64,000 nt of DNA from Candidatus Onthomonas sp. (GTDB taxonomy: Bacteria > Bacillota > Clostridia > Oscillospirales > Oscillospiraceae): assembly GCA_051866815.1 (NCBI GenBank), contig JBJDXS010000058.1:31706-95705 (forward strand), written 5' to 3'. Within the stretch, counting starts at the first letter, position 1, and the number at the start of each line of letters is the position of its first letter. Under the pieces are notes generated by a model. The model ran no database searches, had not been told where the DNA came from, and was given only the letters and a program-made list of their open reading frames with translations. Position numbers and translations under genes: made by a program. Positions 43,548 through 53,956 of this stretch are shown here, in pieces.

Positions 43548-43576
43548 TTGACATGCTTGTCTTAAAAGTGTAAAAT
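43548..43576 (+). promoter_or_regulatory. Promoter candidate (TTGACA-17-TAAAAT)
   Basis: TTGACA at 43548-43553 and TAAAAT at 43571-43576, upstream of the membrane protein/XRE pair. Confidence 0.5.
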
Positions 43577-43592
43577 TACACTATCAGAAAGG

Positions 43593-44078
43593 ATGGTGAC
43601 CTCCATGAAACGGGAGCTGCGTCTGTACAACGTCCTCTTTCCCATCTGGATGCTTTTCCTCTGGCCCGGCGTTTGGCTGATTCTGCTGCCGGGGAACTTC
43701 CTGATCGACAGCCTGGTGCTGCTGCTGGCCATGACCACGCTGGGATATGCCGGCCGCAAAGCGGTGTGGAAGTCCGCTATTCTCAAGGTGTGGGGCTTTG
43801 GCTTTGCCGCCGACTTGGCGGGAGCTGTGGTCACCCTGGGGCTGATGCTGCTGCTGGACTGGCTGGCCCCTCAGTGGAACACCTTTCTCATCCCCGGCGG
43901 TCAGCTTTTGGTGCTGCCGGGCATTGCCGCCGCCGGTGCGTTGATCTATTTCCTCAACCGATGCTTCTCCTTCCGGCGGACAGAGCTGACTGCCCGGCAG
44001 ATCCACCGGCTCTCTCTGGCGCTGGCGGTGTTTACCGCCCCCTATACCATGCTGATTCCCTCGGAGTGGATTTATTGA
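43593..44078 (+). CDS. Hypothetical 4-TM membrane protein
   Basis: 161 aa, hydrophobic. Its stop overlaps the downstream ATG (TGATG). The start could instead be ATG 43605. Confidence 0.6.
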   Translation: MVTSMKRELRLYNVLFPIWMLFLWPGVWLILLPGNFLIDSLVLLLAMTTLGYAGRKAVWKSAILKVWGFGFAADLAGAVVTLGLMLLLDWLAPQWNTFLIPGGQLLVLPGIAAAGALIYFLNRCFSFRRTELTARQIHRLSLALAVFTAPYTMLIPSEWIY

Positions 44079-44530
44079 TGAATCGAAGCGAATTTGTGGC
44101 CCAGGCGGACGGCCTGGAGCGTCTGGTGCGGGCAGAGTTTGATCTGACCCAGGAGAAGATGGCCCTGGTGCTGGGCTTCTCCAAAAAGACGCTGGTGGAG
44201 ATTGAAAAAGGCCGCTCCTCCCTGGGCTGGGCAGGAGCGGTCACCCTGTGTACTTTATTCTCCGACAGTCAGGTGCTGCACAACGCCTACGGCGGGGAGC
44301 TGTCCGACCTGCTGAAGGCACTGGCTTTTCAGCGTCCGCCTCGGGCGCCCCGGCCTACCATGGGCGGCCGGATCTGGTGGCAGAACATCCGGGAGCGGGA
44401 GGGCTGGCGTATCCAGCAAAATGTGGTCTCCCAGCACTACCGGATTCTGGATCCCCGGGACGGGCGGCTATTCTCCTCCTTTGATTGGGAGGAAATTGAG
44501 GCATTTTGGAATCTCTATTGTGGGGAATAA
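44078..44530 (+). CDS. XRE-family HTH protein with an unknown C-terminal domain
   Basis: The HTH segment is LTQEKMALVLGFSKKTLVEIEKG; a Trp-rich C-terminal half follows. The track ORF from 43673 is an upstream over-extension. Confidence 0.7.
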   Translation: MNRSEFVAQADGLERLVRAEFDLTQEKMALVLGFSKKTLVEIEKGRSSLGWAGAVTLCTLFSDSQVLHNAYGGELSDLLKALAFQRPPRAPRPTMGGRIWWQNIREREGWRIQQNVVSQHYRILDPRDGRLFSSFDWEEIEAFWNLYCGE

Positions 44531-44541
44531 TCAGCGCAGCC

Positions 44542-44760
44542 TCAGCACAGGCTGCCGTCCGTAGCCCGCAGCCCTGCCAGCACTTCATACAGGCAGGAGA
44601 GCTGCTCTGCCTCATAACGGTAAACGGCAATGATCCGCTCCACCCGGGCCACGGCATCTTGTCTCTGCTGCGTTTTCAGTTTCCGCCGATGCCAATGGAT
44701 TTTAATCCAAAGCCATTCGATTTTCAGCGCTGTATATGTTTTTTTCCATACCATGCTCAT
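44542..44760 (-). CDS. Hypothetical small basic protein (72 aa)
   Basis: GAAGGAGAA SD directly upstream of the ATG and a TGtTATAAT-like -10 at 44801-44809 (minus strand). Lower GC than its surroundings. No motif. Confidence 0.4.
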   Translation of the reverse strand: MSMVWKKTYTALKIEWLWIKIHWHRRKLKTQQRQDAVARVERIIAVYRYEAEQLSCLYEVLAGLRATDGSLC

Positions 44761-44837
44761 TTCTCCTTCTGCAGATGGTTTTACTCTGCTTCCGCTTTCG
44801 ATTATAACAGGCGAATTTGTCGAAAAATACTATAAAA

Positions 44838-44871
44838 AGCCGGAGACTGCATTATTTCGCAGCCTCCGGCT
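44838..44871. terminator. Bidirectional terminator downstream of prfC
   Basis: AGCCGGAG(A)CTGC-loop-GCAG(C)CTCCGGCT, flanked by AAAAA on the left and T-rich sequence on the right. Confidence 0.7.
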
Positions 44872-44912
44872 TAAATATTTTATTTTGTACTGGAATTTGG
44901 CAGCGGATTCAC

Positions 44913-46514
44913 TCAGAACCGCGCTCCGCCGAACTCAGAGAGCTTCAGTCCCTTGTTCTTGTCCAGCACCCAGTTGATGGACCAGGGGGCGGAGAAGAGC
45001 ATCAGCTTGCCGCCGTGATAGTCCTCCACGATCTTCACATCCTGGCCGTCGCCGATGATCAGCTCCTCCAGATCCTCCACCGGGCTGTGATCGATCCAGC
45101 GGACATATTCGTAGGGCAGGCTGTCCATGACCAGATCCACCTTGTACTCGTTTTTCAGCCGGTACTCAAAGACGTCAAACTGCAGGGTACCCACCACGCC
45201 TACAATGACCTCCTCCATGCCGGTGTAGGGGATTTTGAAGATCTGGATGGCGCCCTCCTGAGCGATCTGCTCGGTGCCCTTGATGAACTGCTTGCGCTTG
45301 AGGGTGTCCTTGGGCCGCACCCGGCGGAAGTGCTCCGGGGCGAAGGTGGGAATGGGGTCGAACTGGCACTTCATGGCGGGGTCGCAGATGGTGTCGCCGA
45401 TGGTGAAGATGCCGGGGTCGAAGACGCCGATGATGTCGCCGGCGTAGGCCTCCTCAATGATCTCCCGCTCTGCGGCCATCAGCTGCTGGGGCCGGGAGAG
45501 GCGGAGCTTCCGCTCCCCCTGGACGTGATAGACTTCCTTTTCTGCGTCAAACCGGCCGGAGCAGACCCGGACAAAGGCGATCCGGTCCCGGTGGGCCTTG
45601 TTCATGTTCGCCTGAATTTTAAAGACAAAGCCGGAGAACTTATCCCCGAAGGAGTCGATCACCTGGTCGCCGGCCCTCCGGGGGAGAGGGGCGGTGGTCA
45701 TCCGGAGAAACTCCTCCAGGAAAGCCTCAATGCCGAAGCTGGTGAGGGCGGAGCCGAAGAATACCGGGGACAGCTTGCCGTGGCGCACCGCCTCCAGATC
45801 CAGCTCCTCACCGGCCCCGTCCAGCAGCTCCAGCTCGTCCCGGAGCTGGTCGCAGTGGGCCTGGCCGATGACCTGAGCCAGCCGGGGATCGTCCAGGGCG
45901 ATCTCCTCGCTGTCGGCGGCCTTGGCGCTGCCGTTGGAGGTGAAATGGAGAATCCGCTTGTTGGGCCGGTCATAGACACCCTGGAAGTCCTTGCCGCAGC
46001 CGATGGGCCAGTTCACCGGGCAGGTGTCAATGCCCAGCTCGTGCTCGATCTCCTCGCACAGGTCAAAGGGATCCCGGGCCTCCCGGTCCATCTTGTTGAT
46101 GAAGGTGAAGATGGGAATGTCCCGCATGGCGCAGACCTTGAACAGCTTCCGGGTCTGGGCCTCCACGCCCTTGGCGGCGTCGATGACCATGACGGCGGAG
46201 TCGGCGGCCATCAGGGTCCGATAGGTGTCCTCGGAGAAGTCCTGGTGGCCCGGGGTGTCCAGAATGTTGATGCAGTAGCCCTGATACTGGAACTGCATCA
46301 CCGAGCTGGTGACCGAGATGCCTCTCTGCTTCTCGATCTCCATCCAGTCCGAGGTGGCGGCCCGGGCGTTGCGCTTGCCCTTGACCACGCCGGCCTGGTT
46401 GATGGCGCCTCCGTAGAGCAGGAACTTCTCGGTCAGGGTGGTCTTACCGGCGTCCGGGTGGGAAATAATGGCAAAAGTGCGGCGGCGGTTGATTTCGGAA
46501 TCAAAATTTGACAT
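44913..46514 (-). CDS. prfC: Peptide chain release factor 3
   Basis: RRTFAIISHPDAGKTTLTEK, DTPGHQDF and NKMD GTPase motifs. 533 aa. Confidence 0.95.
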   Translation of the reverse strand: MSNFDSEINRRRTFAIISHPDAGKTTLTEKFLLYGGAINQAGVVKGKRNARAATSDWMEIEKQRGISVTSSVMQFQYQGYCINILDTPGHQDFSEDTYRTLMAADSAVMVIDAAKGVEAQTRKLFKVCAMRDIPIFTFINKMDREARDPFDLCEEIEHELGIDTCPVNWPIGCGKDFQGVYDRPNKRILHFTSNGSAKAADSEEIALDDPRLAQVIGQAHCDQLRDELELLDGAGEELDLEAVRHGKLSPVFFGSALTSFGIEAFLEEFLRMTTAPLPRRAGDQVIDSFGDKFSGFVFKIQANMNKAHRDRIAFVRVCSGRFDAEKEVYHVQGERKLRLSRPQQLMAAEREIIEEAYAGDIIGVFDPGIFTIGDTICDPAMKCQFDPIPTFAPEHFRRVRPKDTLKRKQFIKGTEQIAQEGAIQIFKIPYTGMEEVIVGVVGTLQFDVFEYRLKNEYKVDLVMDSLPYEYVRWIDHSPVEDLEELIIGDGQDVKIVEDYHGGKLMLFSAPWSINWVLDKNKGLKLSEFGGARF

Positions 46515-46577
46515 GGGAAAACCTCCGTGTAGGAAAGATTGTCTGAATATCTGCCTTCCCCCAGGGGGGACGCCGGA

Positions 46578-46907
46578 TTATGGCGGACAGAGCCGGATCA
46601 GGGCCATATAGAGGGCTGTGGCCCCGAAAATACTCATCAGGGTATTTCCCTTCCACAGGTGGAGAAGGGCGGCTACGGCCACGCAGATCAGCTGGGGCAG
46701 ACCGTGATTGCCTGCCAGCAGGTCAATATTCCGCAGGCAGTAGACCACCAGCAGGGCCATAATGGCCGGTGGCAGCACCTGGCCCAGATAAGAGATCCAC
46801 CGGGGCGGCTGCTCCCCATGGTCAAAAAGCAGGAAGGGCAGTGCCCGGGTAAACAGGGTGACCAGTGCCATTACCCCAATGATCAGCAAAGTGTGAGCGG
46901 TACTCAT
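46578..46907 (-). CDS. azlD: AzlD-family branched-chain amino acid transport protein
   Basis: 109 aa, hydrophobic (TRALPFLLF motif). Its start overlaps the azlC stop (ATGA). The track ORF to 47189 is an over-extension. Confidence 0.8.
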   Translation of the reverse strand: MSTAHTLLIIGVMALVTLFTRALPFLLFDHGEQPPRWISYLGQVLPPAIMALLVVYCLRNIDLLAGNHGLPQLICVAVAALLHLWKGNTLMSIFGATALYMALIRLCPP

Positions 46908-47599
46908 GCAGCTGCCTCCTTTCGTCCCAGCCGGGGCCGGAGGGCCAGCAGAAAGGCGGTGAGGCCGATGAGGGCGGGAATCAGGAATCGATCCGCCCCC
47001 AGCAAGGCCAGAGAGACCAGGGCGCAGACCAGGCCCACCAAGGCGGGCAGCCGGTTCTCCCGCTTTTTTACCTGCTCCACCAGCAGTACCACGAAGAGGG
47101 CGGTCATGGCGAAGTCCACGCCCTCGGTGGAAAAGGGAATCAGCGCTCCCACCGCGCCCCCCAGCAGGGAGCCGGCCACCCAATAGCACTGATCCAGCAG
47201 GGTGACGGCAAAGTAGAAGTCCGGGGCGGGTACCTCAGGGGGCACCTGGGTGGCAGTGAGCAGGGCATAGGTTTCGTCGGTGAGGCCGAAGATGAGATAG
47301 GGCTTGCGCCAGCCGGTATCCCGGAACTGGCTGAGCAGGCTGAGACCATAGAAAAAGTGTCGGAAGTGGAGCACCAGGGTGAGCAGTGCCGTCTGAGTCA
47401 GGGCTGCTCCGGCGGAGATGAGGGAGACCGCCAGAATCTGGCCGGAGCCGGCGTAGATGAGCGCGCTCATCAGCCCCGACCACAGGGCGCCCAGGCCGAT
47501 ATCCGACATCATCAGTCCGAAGGCCACCCCCAGGGCCAGATAGCCCGCCATCACCGGAACGGTATGGGGAAACGCCGCCCGCAGGGCTTTTCTGCTCAT
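46904..47599 (-). CDS. azlC: AzlC-family branched-chain amino acid permease subunit
   Basis: FPHTVPVMAGYLALGVAFG N-terminus, polytopic. Start trimmed to ATG 47599. Confidence 0.85.
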   Translation of the reverse strand: MSRKALRAAFPHTVPVMAGYLALGVAFGLMMSDIGLGALWSGLMSALIYAGSGQILAVSLISAGAALTQTALLTLVLHFRHFFYGLSLLSQFRDTGWRKPYLIFGLTDETYALLTATQVPPEVPAPDFYFAVTLLDQCYWVAGSLLGGAVGALIPFSTEGVDFAMTALFVVLLVEQVKKRENRLPALVGLVCALVSLALLGADRFLIPALIGLTAFLLALRPRLGRKEAAA

Positions 47600-47715
47600 C
47601 TGTCCGCTCCCTCCTCTCTGCTTTATTTTGTTTCTCCCGGGAGAACACGTCAATTTTTTAGTATATAGGCTCTGAGGAAAAAATGCAAGAAGAGACAGGG
47701 GATTTCCCCAAAAAA

Positions 47716-47751
47716 GGAAGCGATGAAGGGAAAAACCCGCTCATCGCTTCC
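47716..47751 (-). terminator. spoIIID terminator
   Basis: GGAAGCGATGA...TCATCGCTTCC (11-bp stem). On the minus strand it is followed by TTTTTT. Confidence 0.75.
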
Positions 47752-47754
47752 TTT

Positions 47755-48045
47755 TCAGCGCTTCTGCTCCCGGCGCTTCCGGTATTTCTCCCGGGTGGCC
47801 AGGCCGCCCCGGATGTGACGCTCCGCCTTGTTCTGCTCCAGCACCGGCTGCACCTGCCGGTAGAGGGTGGGGTTGATGCCGGGAAGGCGCTCCCGCAGAT
47901 CCTTGTGCACCGTGCTTTTGCTGATTCCAAACTGTCCGGCAGCCTCCCGCACCGTACCGTGATTCTCGATGATGTAGGCGGCCAGTTCGCAGGCCCGTTC
48001 CTCAATATTTCCCCTCAAGGGCCAACACGCTCCCTCTCTCAGCAT
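47755..48045 (-). CDS. spoIIID: Stage III sporulation protein D (mother-cell HTH transcription factor)
   Basis: IEERACELAAYIIENHGTVREAAGQFGISKSTVHKDLRERLPGINP closely parallels B. subtilis SpoIIID. Start is ATG 48045 or the in-frame TTG 27 nt downstream. The track ORF to 48594 is an over-extension. Confidence 0.85.
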   Translation of the reverse strand: MLREGACWPLRGNIEERACELAAYIIENHGTVREAAGQFGISKSTVHKDLRERLPGINPTLYRQVQPVLEQNKAERHIRGGLATREKYRKRREQKR

Positions 48046-48149
48046 GCTCCATCCTATGCATCGACTGAGAAAAACAGCACTGACCGGCCTTGTCCGGGCA
48101 AAAAAGAGGCCGCCGGGGCTGTTTTGCCTGCCGCCGGCGGCCGTGAGCG

Positions 48150-49154
48150 TTATTCGTAATTGTATACCAGGAACATGGGCTTGATGGCCACGACCTCGTC
48201 GTACTCGTCCTGCTCCACGGTGACGCTGGAGTTGAGATGTTTCAAATCCTGTTTGAGCACCTCCAACGCCTCCGGCACCGTCTCCGCCCGGCCCTGGGCG
48301 ATGATCTCCTTCATCCGCCGGAGCACGGCCGGGTGGGCGTAGTGGGCGGGGATGGGGAACTCGGGATAGGCTTTCACATAGTGCTCCATAGCCTGCACCG
48401 CCTGGGCCAGACGGTTTTCCACCGCCTTCCGGTTGTTCCGGGCGGTGGGCAGCACATTGGCGCTGGAGAAGAGAAAGATGGCGCCCAGACCGAAGAGCAG
48501 GAAGTACATGGCCATTCCCGCCTGGGTCATCAGGGCGTATACGCCGTAGGCCAGGGAGCAGACGCCCATGAGGACGATGGCCAGTGCCACCCATTTGTAG
48601 GCCGGGTTGCTCCGCTCATAGGTGCGTTTCTTCCGGGCGGAGATGCTCAGCTCTGTGGAGAGCTCCGGATTTTCTCCCAGATAAGAGGCGCAGTCCTCCA
48701 GGATGCGGATGCTCTCCCTGGCCTGGGGCGAGAGGTTTTTCACCCGCTTGGCCGCCTCCCGCCGGGCCTTCTCCCGGAGACGGCGCTCCCCCTCCTTGCT
48801 GTGCAGGCGGATCTCCGGGTGGGACTGCTCCAGACAGCTGAGCAGCTGATCCACATTTTCCTCAAATTTGAAGTTGCACTGCTGCTCCTTGCCGTCGTCA
48901 TACTCCACCACCAGATAGGGGATGGTGGCAAACAGACCCTTGCCGGTAAAGCCGCCCTTGCTCATGGCCAGGCGCTTATAGACCCGCTGAACAGAGGCGA
49001 AGGGGATGTAATACCGGCGCTCCAGGAAAAAGCTGTTGAGGTAGATCGCCTTTTCGCCTACGCCGCAGGGGCCGAATTTTTTGCAGTGCTTCTTATCCTC
49101 CTCCAGCTCGGAGGCCGGCAGGGGGGCGGACAGGGGATGGGGTTTGAAAATCAT
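48150..49154 (-). CDS. Hypothetical protein with two central TM helices
   Basis: 334 aa: an N-terminal soluble domain, a basic coiled segment, 2 TM helices (WVALAIVLMGVCSLAYGVYAL, AMYFLLFGLGAIFLF), and a C-terminal helical domain. No motif recognised. Confidence 0.6.
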   Translation of the reverse strand: MIFKPHPLSAPLPASELEEDKKHCKKFGPCGVGEKAIYLNSFFLERRYYIPFASVQRVYKRLAMSKGGFTGKGLFATIPYLVVEYDDGKEQQCNFKFEENVDQLLSCLEQSHPEIRLHSKEGERRLREKARREAAKRVKNLSPQARESIRILEDCASYLGENPELSTELSISARKKRTYERSNPAYKWVALAIVLMGVCSLAYGVYALMTQAGMAMYFLLFGLGAIFLFSSANVLPTARNNRKAVENRLAQAVQAMEHYVKAYPEFPIPAHYAHPAVLRRMKEIIAQGRAETVPEALEVLKQDLKHLNSSVTVEQDEYDEVVAIKPMFLVYNYE

Positions 49155-49186
49155 AGGACAGTTCCTCTTTTTCCGGGGAGTGGGAA

Positions 49187-49210
49187 AAGGGGACGCCGGT
49201 TTCAGCGTCC
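49187..49210 (-). terminator. cstA terminator
   Basis: GGGGACGC-loop-GCGTCCCC. On the minus strand it is followed by TTTTCC. Confidence 0.65.
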
Positions 49211-49255
49211 CCCTCTTCCACCGAATTTGTCAGATGTATTCCGGCTGTCAGGCGG

Positions 49256-50698
49256 TTATGCCAGCTTACGCTGCTTTTTCGTGCTGTACAGGAAGATGCC
49301 CAGGAACAGAGCGGCCAGGACGATGCCCACCGGATAGGCGATGGCGGTGCTCAGATGCAGGCACTCGGGAGCGCTGAAGAAATAGGTCATGGAGACCGCA
49401 CTCATGAAGGTAGCGGGCACCGCGGTGATCCAGTAGTTCTTCTTCTCCTGGAAGAGGAACATGCTGGCGGCCCACAGGACGATCATGGCCAGGGTCTGGT
49501 TGGTCCAGCTGAAGTAACGCCAGATCACGTTGTAGTCGATCTTGCCCAGAGCGTTGCCGATGCCCAGGATTGCGCCGACGCCCAGCACGGGGATGCAGAG
49601 CTTCAGGCGGTTAAGATAGTTCTTCTGGTCAATTTTGAACCAGTCGGCCAGCACCAGACGGGCGGAACGGAAGGCGGTGTCGCCGGAGGTGATGGGGCAG
49701 GCGATAACGCCCAGCATGGCCAGCACCAGGCCCACAGAGCCCATGGTCTTGGAGCAGATGTCATAGACGGTAGCGGGGCAGCCGCCGCCCATCTCCAGAA
49801 GCTGCGCGCCCTCGTAGATGGAGCAGCCGGCAGCGGCCCAGATCAGGGCGATGACGCCCTCACTGACCATGGCGCCGTAGAACACACAGTGGCCCTGCCG
49901 TTCAGACTTCATGCACCGGGCCATCAGCGGGGACTGGGTGGCGTGGAAGCCGGAGATGGCGCCGCAGGCCACGGTGATGAACATAAAGGACCAGACGGGC
50001 GTTCCGCTGGGATGCATATTAGTGAAGTTGGACCAGATCTCAGGGATGACATAGTTGGGATTGCTGAGCACGCCGAATCCCACGCCGACAGCCATGATGA
50101 TCAGGCAGATGCCGAAGACGGGATAGATCTTGCCGATGATCTTATCCACGGAGAGGAAGGTGGCGATGAAGTAGTAGACCAGGATGATGATCAGCCAGAA
50201 CAGCTTGCTGGACAGGATGTTGGTGACGCCCGCATTGCTGAACAGCAGCTGAATCAGGCCGGCGGGGCCGACTGCGAAGACGGTGCCTACCATGACCAGC
50301 AGCACCACGCTGAACACACGCATGACGTTCTTCATCACGTTGCCCAGATAGATGCCGGTGATCTCGGAGACGGACGCGCCCTCGTTGCGTTCGGAGAGCA
50401 TACCGGAGAAATAGTCGTGGACACCGCCGGCGAAAATGGTACCAAAGGTGATCCACAGGAACACGATGGGACCCCACAGCGCACCAGTCAATGCGCCGAA
50501 GATGGGACCCAGGCCGGCGATGTTCAGCAGCTGCACCAGAAACAGCTTCCACTGAGGCATCACCACGTAGTCCACGCCGTCGTTGATGCGGACGGCGGGC
50601 GTCTCTCTGTCGTCAGGAGCGAAGGTATTTTCGACTACTTTGCCGTAGACGAAATATCCGCCGATGAGCAGCAGCAGACAGATCAGAAAGCTTACCAT
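49256..50698 (-). CDS. cstA: CstA-family transporter (carbon starvation protein A / BtsT-like, short form)
   Basis: 480 aa, polytopic, with CstA-like N-terminal motifs (LLNIAGLGPIFGALTGALWGP, ISGFHATQSP). Confidence 0.88.
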   Translation of the reverse strand: MVSFLICLLLLIGGYFVYGKVVENTFAPDDRETPAVRINDGVDYVVMPQWKLFLVQLLNIAGLGPIFGALTGALWGPIVFLWITFGTIFAGGVHDYFSGMLSERNEGASVSEITGIYLGNVMKNVMRVFSVVLLVMVGTVFAVGPAGLIQLLFSNAGVTNILSSKLFWLIIILVYYFIATFLSVDKIIGKIYPVFGICLIIMAVGVGFGVLSNPNYVIPEIWSNFTNMHPSGTPVWSFMFITVACGAISGFHATQSPLMARCMKSERQGHCVFYGAMVSEGVIALIWAAAGCSIYEGAQLLEMGGGCPATVYDICSKTMGSVGLVLAMLGVIACPITSGDTAFRSARLVLADWFKIDQKNYLNRLKLCIPVLGVGAILGIGNALGKIDYNVIWRYFSWTNQTLAMIVLWAASMFLFQEKKNYWITAVPATFMSAVSMTYFFSAPECLHLSTAIAYPVGIVLAALFLGIFLYSTKKQRKLA

Positions 50699-50917
50699 AC
50701 AGAGACCTCCTTTATAGAATACCGATGCGGATTGCTCCGCTGTCGTGTCCTATTATAGTCCTTCGTAATTGAAATGCAATAGACTTTAAGAAAAAATTTT
50801 TCCTTTTCATTTTGACTTGCTTTTCCGCTGTGCAGCTACAAAGTGTTGTCCTTCAGAGACGGATGTGCATTGGGGCTAATTTTTGCTTCCGAATCGTAGG
50901 GATTGGGCGACAAGACG

Positions 50918-50947
50918 AAAAAGGGCGGATTGAGTCCTGCCCTTTTT
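50918..50947. terminator. Orphan bidirectional terminator-like hairpin in the cstA-ppdK divergent spacer
   Basis: AAAAAGGGCGGA-TTGAG-TCCTGCCCTTTTT, with no converging CDS on either side. Confidence 0.45.
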
Positions 50948-50968
50948 AGAAAAAATTACCGATAATCC

Positions 50969-50996
50969 TTGAAAAATTTCTTCCTATATGTATAAT
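50969..50996 (+). promoter_or_regulatory. ppdK promoter candidate (TTGAAA-16-TATAAT)
   Basis: TTGAAA at 50969-50974 and TATAAT at 50991-50996. Confidence 0.5.
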
Positions 50997-51078
50997 ATTA
51001 TGTGTGCAAGGAATGCTGCAATTCCCTGACCGGCGGATGAGGAACGAATCCGCCAGTTTCTATCAAAGGAGAGAGTTT

Positions 51079-53706
<2,628 letters not shown>

Positions 53707-53720
53707 AGTTTACAGCTGCA

Positions 53721-53757
53721 GCACCCCCGCACAGGCTCCTGTGCGGGGGTGCTTTTG
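53721..53757 (+). terminator. ppdK terminator
   Basis: GCACCCCCGCACAGG-loop-CCTGTGCGGGGGTGC followed by TTTT. Confidence 0.85.
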
Positions 53758-53820
53758 CGTCGGTTTTGCAATCTGACGGAAATCGAATTGCAAAACGCAC
53801 CCGTTTCGGTATGGAAATGC

Positions 53821-53850
53821 TTGACAGTTTCCCTGTATCCGTGTTACCAT
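53821..53850 (+). promoter_or_regulatory. Promoter candidate for the ATP-grasp operon (TTGACA-18-TACCAT)
   Basis: TTGACA at 53821-53826 and TACCAT at 53845-53850. The -10 is imperfect. Confidence 0.35.
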
Positions 53851-53856
53851 AATCAA

Positions 53857-53903
53857 GAAAACAAAGGTGTTTTGCATTTGCAAGGCGCCTTTGTTTCTTT
53901 TTT
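53857..53903 (+). promoter_or_regulatory. Leader terminator/attenuator hairpin upstream of the ATP-grasp operon
   Basis: AAACAAAGG (53859-67) pairs with CCTTTGTTT (53888-96), followed by C and TTTTTT. It lies between the candidate promoter and the start codon at 53957. Confidence 0.5.
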
Positions 53904-53956
53904 GGGGTATGCCATCTCCGGACACCCCCATGAGAGAGCAAAGAGAGGGTGATTCT

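Noticed and set aside
47625-47640. Perfect 12-bp palindrome TCTCCCGGGAGA just upstream of azlC, considered as an operator.
   Set aside because: It is a single occurrence of a short GC-rich palindrome, which is expected by chance in this composition. No regulator gene is adjacent.
53867-53956. In-frame 30-aa N-terminal extension of the ATP-grasp ORF (track start 53867).
   Set aside because: The extension runs through the leader hairpin and T tract and has no SD, whereas ATG 53957 follows AGAGGGTGA at proper spacing.
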